Shown here: piece by piece, positions 21,097 to 29,880 of the stretch
Layout of the letters: each line of letters opens with the position of its first letter
Position numbering within the stretch: the first letter of the stretch is position 1
NCBI GenBank assembly: GCA_037142615.1
Contig: JBAXAI010000002.1
Span: forward strand, 64,001 to 128,000
Reading direction: 5' to 3'
Origin: Spirochaetales bacterium
Lineage (GTDB): Bacteria; Spirochaetota; Spirochaetia; JABEVK01
DNA length: 64,000 nucleotides
Notes under the pieces: model-generated
The model's input: only the letters and a program-made list of their open reading frames with translations
The model's database searches: none
Told to the model about the DNA's origin: nothing
Position numbers and translations under genes: made by a program

Positions 21097-21306
21097 TTAA
21101 TCCACCCCGACCAGGACGTTGCTGGCTTTGATGATGGCGTAGGCGGTGGCGCCCACCTGGAGGCCCAACGATTCGACCGAGCTTTTGGTGATAACCGAGG
21201 TGATCACCGCTCCACCTGGCAACTCGATCTCGACCTCGGAGTTCACGGCACCCGAGGTGATCGACTTCACAGTTCCCTTCAACTGGTTCTTTGCGCTGAT
21301 TTTCAT
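21097..21306 (-). CDS. mop: Molbindin (Mop/TOBE)
   Basis: MKISAKNQLKG...SVITK.S...IKASNV, 69 aa. Confidence 0.92.
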   Translation of the reverse strand: MKISAKNQLKGTVKSITSGAVNSEVEIELPGGAVITSVITKSSVESLGLQVGATAYAIIKASNVLVGVD

Positions 21307-21325
21307 GGCCCGAGTTTACTTCGGT

Positions 21326-22021
21326 TTAGCGGCGCCGCACCAGCTGCAGGGCTCGCCCCAGGTAGCTCACCACCGACCCGAAGCCGCTGAAGATGTGAAC
21401 CAGCCGCGTGTAGGGGAAGATCAGGAAGAACGTGAAGGTCATGAACATGTGCGCGCGGTACACCCACGGCGTGTCGAGAATGTAGCTCAGAGCGTCGGGT
21501 TGGAAGGTCAGGATGCCCTGCACGTAGTGCATGAACTTGACGATGAGCTCTCCGTCCCGGTGCGCCTCCGACGACGAAATCGTGATGCTGTAGAGACCAA
21601 GACACAGGATTCCAAAGAGCCAGAACAGCAAAACGATGTCCATGACGTTACTGGTCCTGCGCACGCGCGCGTTCAGCAGGCGGCGCAGAATCAGGATGGT
21701 GACGCCGAGGATGGCCGAGGTTCCCGCTACCAGCCCCAGGCTCCAAGCGAGGAACTGCTTGAGAGGCGGCGTGATGCCGATCGCATGCAACAGCGGTAGC
21801 GGCGTCAGAAAGCCGACAAAGTGGCCGGCAAACAGGAACAGCACGCCCACGTGGAACAGATTATTGCCCCATTGCAGCCAGCCGTGCGCCAGCAGTTGTG
21901 AACTGTCGCTCTTCCAGCCCAATTGGGACCGGTTGTAGCGGAAGATGCTCCCAAAAATGAACGACAGCACGGTCACATAGGGGTAGAGGACAAACAGCAG
22001 GTATTGGAAGAAGTCGTCCAT
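21326..22021 (-). CDS. narI: Respiratory nitrate reductase gamma subunit
   Basis: WKSDSSQLL, FHVG..GH heme ligands, PYTRLVH. Confidence 0.95.
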   Translation of the reverse strand: MDDFFQYLLFVLYPYVTVLSFIFGSIFRYNRSQLGWKSDSSQLLAHGWLQWGNNLFHVGVLFLFAGHFVGFLTPLPLLHAIGITPPLKQFLAWSLGLVAGTSAILGVTILILRRLLNARVRRTSNVMDIVLLFWLFGILCLGLYSITISSSEAHRDGELIVKFMHYVQGILTFQPDALSYILDTPWVYRAHMFMTFTFFLIFPYTRLVHIFSGFGSVVSYLGRALQLVRRR

Positions 22022-22635
22022 CAGCAAACTCCTTGAACGGGGTGACCAAACGCCGGTTCTTCGGCCCATTCGGTATCGAGGTCGCTTTCGGGGCGCACGG
22101 CCGGAAGCTTGTCCTCCAGCGTCGGATGAGCATAGATCTGCACCACGGGAAACACGGCGGCCCACGGGCTGTCCTTCTTGGCCAAGCGCTCACCGATGGC
22201 CTGCAGAATGGGCTGGCAGTCGCCCAGAAACTCGCCGGCCACCGACGGCTCCACAACACTGCAAAACTCCAGGAAGGCCGGGATGAAGTCGGGCAACTCT
22301 TCGGGCACCAGGTTGAGGCCGGCCTGCTCATAGTGGGTTTTGAGGTCGACCATGGCCTGCCCCCGGTCCTTGGACTCCCCGTGGACGTGCTCAAACAGGT
22401 GCAAACTCGTCGAACGTCCGGTGTCAAACTGGGACACGTAGGCCTCTTCGAGCTCGAACGGGTCGGTGGCCTGGAGGTAGTCCAGCAGTGACCTCAGGCG
22501 CGGCTTGAGCACCGAAGGAATCTCGGGATCGTTTTCGAGCGCCTGGCGCAGCTCCGGCACCGCCGCCACCAGCGTTGGGTCCGGGTAGGTCAGAAGCGCC
22601 CCTAGGGCTTTAAGTGAGATGTTGACCACGGTCAT
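22021..22635 (-). CDS. narJ: Nitrate reductase chaperone
   Basis: SLHLFEHVHGESKDRGQAM, ELPDFIP. Confidence 0.95.
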   Translation of the reverse strand: MTVVNISLKALGALLTYPDPTLVAAVPELRQALENDPEIPSVLKPRLRSLLDYLQATDPFELEEAYVSQFDTGRSTSLHLFEHVHGESKDRGQAMVDLKTHYEQAGLNLVPEELPDFIPAFLEFCSVVEPSVAGEFLGDCQPILQAIGERLAKKDSPWAAVFPVVQIYAHPTLEDKLPAVRPESDLDTEWAEEPAFGHPVQGVC

Positions 22636-24203
22636 TCGGGCTTCCCTCCCTGTTTCATCGGGGCACGCGGCGGGGGGATGCGCATCGGATCGGGTACCAC
22701 CGTGGAGCGACTGCCGAACAGGTTGGCCCGCTTGGGAATGCCGGTGGTGGGGGTACAGCCTTCGCCGTCGCTGAAACCGCAGCCGCCCTTGAGGTCGTAG
22801 GCGTTTTCGGCGTATTCGCGGTGGGTGGTGGGGATGACAAACCGGTCCTCGTAGTTGGCCAGCGCCAGGATCCGGTACATCTCGCCGGCCTGGGCCTCGG
22901 TCAGCCCCGCCGCTTCGAGAACCTTGGGCACGTTCTGCTTGTTGACGCTCTTGAGGCGCATCCATGCCCGCATCGAAAGCAGGCGTTCGAGCGCCAGCTT
23001 GATGGGAGCCTCATCGCCGGCCGTGAGCAGGTTGGCCAAGTACTGCAAGGGAATGCGCAGCTGGCTCACGTCGGGAATCGCGCCGTTCATGCCGATGTCG
23101 CCGGCCTGGGCTGCCCCCTGAATGGGCGACAGCGGCGGCACGTACCAAACCATGGGCAAGGTGCGGTACTCGGGGTGCAGCGGGAAGGCGATCTTCCACT
23201 CCATGGCCATTTTGTACACCGGTGAGTTCTGGGCCGAGTCGATCCAGTTCTGGGCGATTCCGTCGGCCAAGGCCTGGGCCTGCACCTTGGGGTCGTGTGG
23301 GTCCAGGAAAATATCGAGCTGGCTCTGATACAGGTCGGTCTCTTTTTCAACGCTGGCGGCTTCCTGAATCTTGTCGGCGTCGTAGAGCAAAACCCCGAGG
23401 TAGCGGATGCGTCCCACGCAGGTTTCACTGCAAACGGTGGGCAGGCCGCTTTCGATGCGCGGGTAGCAGAACAGGCACTTCTCGGCTTTGCCCAGAGCCC
23501 AGTTGTAGTAGATCTTCTTGTACGGGCAGGCCGTGACGCACATGCGCCAGCCACGGCACTTGTCCTGGTCGATGAGCACGATGCCGTCTTCTTCGCGCTT
23601 GTAGATCGAGCCCGAGGGGCAGGCGGCCACGCAGGCGGGGTTGAGGCAGTGTTCGCACAACCGTGGCAGGTACATCATGAAAGTCTGTTCAAACTGGCCG
23701 TAGATGTCTTTCTGAACCTTGTCGAAGTTCTGGTCCTGGCTGCGCTTGGAAAACTCGCCGCCCAGGATTTCTTCCCAGTTGGGGCCGCCGACGATCTTTT
23801 CCATGCGCTCGCCGGTGAGGGCGCTCACGGGGCGTGCGGTCGGTGGATGTTGCATTTCGGGGGCACTTTGCAGGTGAGCGTAGTCAAAGTCAAAGGGCTC
23901 GTAGTAGTCGTCGATTTGCGGCAAGTGCGGGTTGGCAAAGATCTTCGACAACAGCAGAGGTCTGTCCCCCATGCGCGGCACGAGCTTGCCCTTGCGGTTT
24001 TTCATCCAGCCGCCCTTCCACTTTTCCTGGTTTTCCCAGTCCTTGGGGTAGCCGATGCCGGGTTTGGTCTCGACGTTGTTGAACCAGGCGTATTCCATCC
24101 CGGGGCGGTTGGTCCACACCTGCTTGCAGGTCACCGAGCAGGTATGGCAACCGATGCACTTGTCCAGGTTGAGGACCATGCCGATTTGTGCGCGGATCTT
24201 CAT
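22632..24203 (-). CDS. narH: Respiratory nitrate reductase beta subunit
   Basis: MKIRAQIGMVLNLDKCIGCHTC and further Fe-S Cys clusters. Confidence 0.97.
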   Translation of the reverse strand: MKIRAQIGMVLNLDKCIGCHTCSVTCKQVWTNRPGMEYAWFNNVETKPGIGYPKDWENQEKWKGGWMKNRKGKLVPRMGDRPLLLSKIFANPHLPQIDDYYEPFDFDYAHLQSAPEMQHPPTARPVSALTGERMEKIVGGPNWEEILGGEFSKRSQDQNFDKVQKDIYGQFEQTFMMYLPRLCEHCLNPACVAACPSGSIYKREEDGIVLIDQDKCRGWRMCVTACPYKKIYYNWALGKAEKCLFCYPRIESGLPTVCSETCVGRIRYLGVLLYDADKIQEAASVEKETDLYQSQLDIFLDPHDPKVQAQALADGIAQNWIDSAQNSPVYKMAMEWKIAFPLHPEYRTLPMVWYVPPLSPIQGAAQAGDIGMNGAIPDVSQLRIPLQYLANLLTAGDEAPIKLALERLLSMRAWMRLKSVNKQNVPKVLEAAGLTEAQAGEMYRILALANYEDRFVIPTTHREYAENAYDLKGGCGFSDGEGCTPTTGIPKRANLFGSRSTVVPDPMRIPPPRAPMKQGGKPE

Positions 24204-27200
24204 ACTTGGGCTCCTTTTTTGGCCGGGGCAGTGCCCCGGGCTAGGGGCTCGTCCATCCAGTCCACCTTGTCCATTTTGCGCACCAAGACGAACTCGTCGC
24301 GGTTGGTGCCGATGGTTCCGTAGTAGTTGAACCCATAGCTCTGTTGGGCGTAGCCACCGATCATGTGGGTGGGTTTGAGCACAATGCGCGTGACGCTGTT
24401 GTGAATGCCGCCGCGGGTGCCGGTGATGGCGTTTCCGGGCGTGTTCACGATCTTTTCCTGAGCGTGGTACATCATGCACATGCCCTCGTTGACCCGCTGG
24501 CTCACCACCGCCCGGGCACTGATGGCCCCGTTGACGTTGAACAGTTCGATCCAGTCGTTGTCGACGATGCCGGCCTTCCGGGCGTCGGTCTCGCTGATCC
24601 ACACGCAGGGCCCGCCGCGGCTGAGGGTCAGCATCAGCAGGTTGTCGGTGTAGGTGGAGTGGATGCCCCACTTCTGGTGCGGCGTGATGAAGTTCAAGGC
24701 GATCTCTTTGTGGCCGTTGGGTTTAGCCCCCAACATTTGGGCCACCGTCTTGAGGTCAACCGGCGGACGGTAGGCGCACAGGCCCTCGCCAAAATCGAGC
24801 ATCCACGGGTGGTCCTGGTAGAACTGCTGGCGGCCTGTGAGCGTTCGCCACGGAATCAGTTCGTGCACGTTGGTGTAGCCGGCGTTGTAGCTCACGTGCT
24901 CGCTCTCGATGCCGCTCCACGTGGGGCTGCTGATAATCTTTCGCGGTTGGGCCACCAGGTCGCGGAAGCGGAGCTTCTCGTCCTGCTTGGCGCGTGCCAG
25001 GTGCGCGTGTTCGCGGCCGGTGAGCTTGCTCAGGGCTTCCCAAGCCTTGACCGCCACCTCACCGTTGGTTTCGGGCGCCAGGCTCAGAATCACTTCCGAG
25101 GCGTCGATGTCGGTCTCGATGCGCGGGCGGCCCTTGGACACGCCTTCGTCGGTGACCAGGCGGTTGAGCTCACCCAGAAAGTGGACTTCGTCTTCTGTGT
25201 TCCAGCCGATTCCCTTGCCGCCGTTGCCCAGCTTTTCCAGCAGGGGCCCGACCGAGGTGAACTTCTTGTACACGTTGGGGTAGTCACGTTCTACCACCGT
25301 GATGCTCGGAGCGGTCTTGCCGGGGATCAGCTCGACTTCGCCCTTCTTCCAGTCCTTGACCCCCAACGCTTGCGCCAGTTCGGCAGGCGTGTCGTGCATC
25401 AGCGGGTTCATCACGACGTCTTTTTCCACGCCAAGGTGGCCGGGAGCCATGGCGCTGAAGGCCTTGGCGATGCCTTTGTAGATGTCCCAGTCGGAGCGGC
25501 TTTCCCAGTTCGGGTCGACCGCGGCGGTGAGCGGGTGGATGAAGGGGTGCATGTCGCTGGTGTTGAGGTCGTTCTTTTCGTACCAGGTGGCCGTGGGAAG
25601 CACGATGTCGCTGTAAAGGCAGGTGGTGCTCATGCGGAAGTCGAGGGTGACCAGCAGGTCGAGTTTGCCTTGGGGGGCCTCGGCGTGCCATTTGACTTCG
25701 TGTGGGTGTAGCCCTTCCGAGCCCAAATCCTTGCCCTGCACGCCGTTTTTCGTGCCCAGCAGGTGCTTGAGGAAGTACTCGTGGCCCTTGCCCGAGGAAC
25801 CGAGCAGGTTGGAGCGCCACACGAACAGCACGCGGGGGAAGTTGGCCGGGTCGTCCGGGTCTTCGCAGCTGAGTTGCAGCGAACCGTCCTTGAGACCGTT
25901 CACCACGTAGTCCTTGGGCTCAATACCGGCTTTGGCAGCAGCCTTGGCTACTTCGAGCGGGTTGGTCTTGAGCTGAGGTGCGGACGGCAACCAGCCCATG
26001 CGCTCGGACTTCACGTTGTAGTCGATGAAGCTCTGTTCCTTGCCGGAACCAGCGGCCACCAGCGGCGAGCGGATTTCCTCGACGCCCAGCTTTTCGTAAC
26101 GCCACTGGTCGGTGTGGGCGTAGAAGAAGCTGGTGGAGTTCTGCTGGCGGGGAGGGCGGCTCCAGTCGGTGGCAAAGGCCAAGGGCAACCAGCCCGTCTG
26201 CGGACGGAGTTTTTCTTGCCCCACGTAATGCGCCCAACCACCGCCGGACTGCCCCACGCAACCGCAGAGCATCAGCAGGTTCATGATGCCGCGGTAGTTC
26301 ATATCGCTGTGGTACCAGTGGTTCATGGCCGCGCCGATGATCACCATCGACTTGCCGTGGGTGTCGTGGGCATTCTGGGCAAACTCACGGGCCAGTGTGA
26401 GGGCCTGGTGTGCGGGTACCCCGGTGATTTTTTCCTGCCAGGCCGGGGTATAGGGCACATCGTCCTCGTAGTTCTTGGCCACCGAACCACCCAGGCCGCG
26501 GTCGACGCCGTAGTGGGCCGTCATCAGGTCGAACACGGTGGCGACCTTGGTTTCGCCCTCGAGGGTCTTCAGGGTCTTGACGGGAATGTTGCGTACCAAC
26601 ACGTCGCCGCCCTGGTCGTTGGCGGTAAAGGCGTCGGGGGCTGTTCCAGCAAAATAGGGGAAGGCCGCCGGGACCACCTCATCGCGACGGGTGAGCAAGC
26701 TGAGCGCCAAGGTTACCTCGCTGCCAGTCTTGCCGTCTTTTTGTTCCAGGTTCCACTTGCCGGCGTCCTCGCCGGGTTTCTGGTTCCAACGGAAGCCGAT
26801 CGAACCGTTGGGTACGGTCAAAGTGTCCCCGGTTTCGTCCCACGCCACGGTCTTCCAGTCGGGGTTGTTGGCCTGCCCCAGTCCGGCGTCAAAATCACTG
26901 GCGCGCAGGTAGCGGTCGGGCACCCAGGCCTTGCGCCCCCGGTCGAAGCGGAGTTTGACCAGCAGGGGCAAGTCGGTGGTCTTGCGGGCGTAATCGGTGA
27001 AGTAGTCCGAAGGTTCTTCGACGAAGAACTCCTTGAGCACAACGTGGCCCAAGGCCATGGCAAGCGCGGCGTCGGTGCCCTGTTGGGGATGAAGCCACAC
27101 GTCGGCCAGCTTGGCCACTTCGGAATAGTCGGGGGTGATGGCCACCGCCTTGGCGCCCTTGTAGCGCACTTCGGTGAAAAAGTGGGCATCCGGCGTGCGG

Positions 27201-27979
27201 GTTTGAGGCACGTTGCTTCCCCACGCAATGATATAGGTGGAGTTGTACCAGTCGGCGCTCTCGGGCACGTCGGTCTGCTCGCCCCACACCTGCGGGCTCG
27301 CGGGGGGCAGGTCGCAGTACCAGTCGTAAAAGCTCATGCACACGCCGCCAATCAGGCTCAGGTAGCGGCTGCCGGCAGCGTAGCTCACCATGCTCATGGC
27401 GGGAATCGGGCTGAAGCCAATGATGCGGTCGGGGCCGTAGTTCTGGATGGTGCCGATGTTGCTGGCAGCGATGATCTCGTTCACTTCGGCCCAGGTGGAG
27501 CGCACGAAGCCACCCAACCCGCGGCGTTGCTGGTAATCACTGCGGCGTGAGGAATCGGCCTGCAGGGCCTTCCAGGCGGCCACCGGTTCCATCGTGGCGC
27601 GAAGTTCTCGCCAGTGTTTGAGCAGGCGGCCGCGCACCAGCGGGTGCTTGAGCCGGTTGGCGCTGTACATGTACCAGCTGTAGCTCGCTCCCCGGGCGCA
27701 ACCGCGGGGTTCGTGGTTGGGCAAATCCGGGCGGGTACGGGGGTAGTCGGTCTGTTGGGTTTCCCAGGTGACGATGCCGCCCTTGACGTAGATCTTCCAG
27801 CTGCAACTGCCGGTGCAGTTCACCCCGTGGGTGGAGCGGACGATTTTGTCGTGCTGCCAGCGACTGCGGTAGCGTTCTTCCCACGTGCGGTCTTCCTGCA
27901 CGACGTTGCCGTGCTTGCCCGAGAAGGCCTCTTTCGGTTTGAGGAAAAAGCTCAGGCGATCGAGAAACGGTTGCGACAT
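24200..27979 (-). CDS. narG: Respiratory nitrate reductase alpha subunit
   Basis: STHGVNCTGSCSW FS0 motif, SFYDWYCDLP, TPHQKWGIHST. Confidence 0.98.
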   Translation of the reverse strand: MSQPFLDRLSFFLKPKEAFSGKHGNVVQEDRTWEERYRSRWQHDKIVRSTHGVNCTGSCSWKIYVKGGIVTWETQQTDYPRTRPDLPNHEPRGCARGASYSWYMYSANRLKHPLVRGRLLKHWRELRATMEPVAAWKALQADSSRRSDYQQRRGLGGFVRSTWAEVNEIIAASNIGTIQNYGPDRIIGFSPIPAMSMVSYAAGSRYLSLIGGVCMSFYDWYCDLPPASPQVWGEQTDVPESADWYNSTYIIAWGSNVPQTRTPDAHFFTEVRYKGAKAVAITPDYSEVAKLADVWLHPQQGTDAALAMALGHVVLKEFFVEEPSDYFTDYARKTTDLPLLVKLRFDRGRKAWVPDRYLRASDFDAGLGQANNPDWKTVAWDETGDTLTVPNGSIGFRWNQKPGEDAGKWNLEQKDGKTGSEVTLALSLLTRRDEVVPAAFPYFAGTAPDAFTANDQGGDVLVRNIPVKTLKTLEGETKVATVFDLMTAHYGVDRGLGGSVAKNYEDDVPYTPAWQEKITGVPAHQALTLAREFAQNAHDTHGKSMVIIGAAMNHWYHSDMNYRGIMNLLMLCGCVGQSGGGWAHYVGQEKLRPQTGWLPLAFATDWSRPPRQQNSTSFFYAHTDQWRYEKLGVEEIRSPLVAAGSGKEQSFIDYNVKSERMGWLPSAPQLKTNPLEVAKAAAKAGIEPKDYVVNGLKDGSLQLSCEDPDDPANFPRVLFVWRSNLLGSSGKGHEYFLKHLLGTKNGVQGKDLGSEGLHPHEVKWHAEAPQGKLDLLVTLDFRMSTTCLYSDIVLPTATWYEKNDLNTSDMHPFIHPLTAAVDPNWESRSDWDIYKGIAKAFSAMAPGHLGVEKDVVMNPLMHDTPAELAQALGVKDWKKGEVELIPGKTAPSITVVERDYPNVYKKFTSVGPLLEKLGNGGKGIGWNTEDEVHFLGELNRLVTDEGVSKGRPRIETDIDASEVILSLAPETNGEVAVKAWEALSKLTGREHAHLARAKQDEKLRFRDLVAQPRKIISSPTWSGIESEHVSYNAGYTNVHELIPWRTLTGRQQFYQDHPWMLDFGEGLCAYRPPVDLKTVAQMLGAKPNGHKEIALNFITPHQKWGIHSTYTDNLLMLTLSRGGPCVWISETDARKAGIVDNDWIELFNVNGAISARAVVSQRVNEGMCMMYHAQEKIVNTPGNAITGTRGGIHNSVTRIVLKPTHMIGGYAQQSYGFNYYGTIGTNRDEFVLVRKMDKVDWMDEPLARGTAPAKKGAQV

Positions 27980-28036
27980 CGGCAAGCCCCCTTAATGCAC
28001 ATGAACTGAGTTTGGGGGGTGCGAGGCCGGACTTAA

Positions 28037-28050
28037 TTGCGACAGGTCAA
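28037..28050 (-). promoter_or_regulatory. Fnr-like box upstream of narG
   Basis: taaTTGACCTGTCGCAAtta on the minus strand, with extended palindromic flanks. Confidence 0.7.
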
Positions 28051-28112
28051 TTAGGGACCAGGAATGTTGGGCGAGGTTAGGCAACCCGAAGTTAAGCGGG
28101 GCCAGGGCCGTG

Positions 28113-29858
28113 CTAACCCAGTGGCATCTCGATCGGGTTGGCCTTTTTGTTGGCAAGCCAGTCCCCGTTCTCGGCGAGGGCTTCCTTGCCCAAGGCAAAC
28201 AAAAGCCCCTCGACCGTGGCCCCGTTCGTGCCAGCCGCCAGGATCTTCTTTTTTCCAAGACCAAACAGGCGGGCCATCCGGCGGTACTGCCGTTCTTCCT
28301 CTTCCTTCCCGGTCACCTCGGCAAAGGTAGCCAGCGCCGTACCGATACCCAGCAGCGTGTCGAAGGCGAACATCAGCCAGGGGAAGGCGAGCTTTTCCTT
28401 GATCTCAGACAGGTTCTGCCAATCCAATTCCGGGTTCTCGAGCACCTGGAAGATTTGCAAACCCACGACCCCCACAAGCGCCGCCAGCGAGAGGACAAAG
28501 AGGGTGCCGGTTCGCAAGCGCTGTCGGCTCTGCTGCTTTTCGCGGGTCTCGCTGGTGCGTCCGAAGTACTTCTCCTGATCGGCGACCCAGGCTTTCGTGG
28601 CGATTTCGAGACCTTCCTTCGTCACCCCCGAAAGGGCTTCGTTTTCGGCCTCGAGGTCGACGGCACGGAGCGCCATCAGGATCCAGGCCATGCTGCCCCG
28701 GTATTTCTGCAGGTAGTGGTCTCCCACGTGCTCCCCAACCCCGGCGATGCGCCAGTACAACTGAACCCGCAGGCCTTCGGCCAGGGCTCGGCAGTCCACG
28801 TAGTCGTTATCCCAACCCCTCCGGTTGGCGATCAACGTGACCAAAAGCCCAAAGGCGAGAAGGCCGAGGGCCAAAGCGAGAGTTCCCGTAAAAGGGGCCA
28901 GTTCGACAAACAACGACAGGAGAGAGAACGCCGAGGCCGCCATGACGAAGAGCAGGATCAAGGTTTTTACAACCCGCTTTTGCAGCCGCTGGGCCAGCAC
29001 GTCGGCCACCGCAGCCCAATGCAGCACCGACTTCGTTCCGGCGTTGAGGGTTTCTGCGGTCTTCTCGTCCAGCAGGTAGCTCTTGGTGAGCTTGAGGGCC
29101 GCCTGGTCCAGACTTGCAGCCGAAAGCCGGTTGAAGTGATCCAGCGACGACAAGCCCTGCATAAAGACGTCGCCCAGCCTTTCTTCCTTGTCTTGCGACC
29201 ACGACTGGGGGAGCAATACCGAGTAATCTTGGCCTTCGTCAGGGCAGTAGCAGGCAATTTCGCGCTGACCGGGTTGGAGCGTTTCAGGGTCATGCGACAC
29301 CCTCGCCGCGAACAGATGAAAAACCGTCCCGAAGTCGGGGGTTTCCAGTGGGCTGTGCTTTCCTCCGAACTCTGCGGGAACACCGTTGAGCTTGAACTCG
29401 ACGCACTGGGCGGTTCCCCCCGGCTCGTGGTGGTTCTTCCCGTTCCATAACGCAACCAGCAGGTGGGTGTGCTCGGCGAGGTACCGGGCCAGTTGAAGGT
29501 AACGGTGGTCAGGCTGCGCTGAAACCGGCAACTCAACCACCAGTTTGGCTCGCGACAGCAGGCGTTGGAAGGTCTCGAGGCTGAGCCCTGAAAAGTCTTT
29601 TTCATAGTCGGCCACCGGCACCGGCAAGACCGCGACCAGTTCGAAGCCCAGATCCAGGGCTACCTCGGCCACCAGACGGTCGGCCCCTTCGGCCAGGCCC
29701 GAGAGCAAGCGGAAAGGGCTCGATGGGAACTTGGAACGGAGTTCACTCAGCGTCCGGCGGACCTGCTGCGTGAGCTGCACGAGGTCTTGGGGTCTCAAAT
29801 CCCGGTGGCCGGTGACTCCCAAGGTAATGGGGAGGCCTGAATGGGTGGGTGGCGTCAT
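28113..29858 (-). CDS. SLOG-domain protein with two SLATT-like 2TM modules
   Basis: GVTGHR, LSGLAEGADRL, LVALWNG, PGGTAQCV (SLOG); TM pairs followed by CRALAEGLR and EALAENGDW (SLATT-like). Confidence 0.75.
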   Translation of the reverse strand: MTPPTHSGLPITLGVTGHRDLRPQDLVQLTQQVRRTLSELRSKFPSSPFRLLSGLAEGADRLVAEVALDLGFELVAVLPVPVADYEKDFSGLSLETFQRLLSRAKLVVELPVSAQPDHRYLQLARYLAEHTHLLVALWNGKNHHEPGGTAQCVEFKLNGVPAEFGGKHSPLETPDFGTVFHLFAARVSHDPETLQPGQREIACYCPDEGQDYSVLLPQSWSQDKEERLGDVFMQGLSSLDHFNRLSAASLDQAALKLTKSYLLDEKTAETLNAGTKSVLHWAAVADVLAQRLQKRVVKTLILLFVMAASAFSLLSLFVELAPFTGTLALALGLLAFGLLVTLIANRRGWDNDYVDCRALAEGLRVQLYWRIAGVGEHVGDHYLQKYRGSMAWILMALRAVDLEAENEALSGVTKEGLEIATKAWVADQEKYFGRTSETREKQQSRQRLRTGTLFVLSLAALVGVVGLQIFQVLENPELDWQNLSEIKEKLAFPWLMFAFDTLLGIGTALATFAEVTGKEEEERQYRRMARLFGLGKKKILAAGTNGATVEGLLFALGKEALAENGDWLANKKANPIEMPLG

Positions 29859-29880
29859 AGTTTCCTCACTGGCAACCAGT

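Noticed and set aside
22632-24671. Extended N-termini given by the ORF track for narH, narJ, narI, moeA, modA, Crp/Fnr and lysA
   Set aside because: The extensions overlap upstream genes or promoters; conserved N-termini and stop/start overlaps or SD sites indicate the shorter starts
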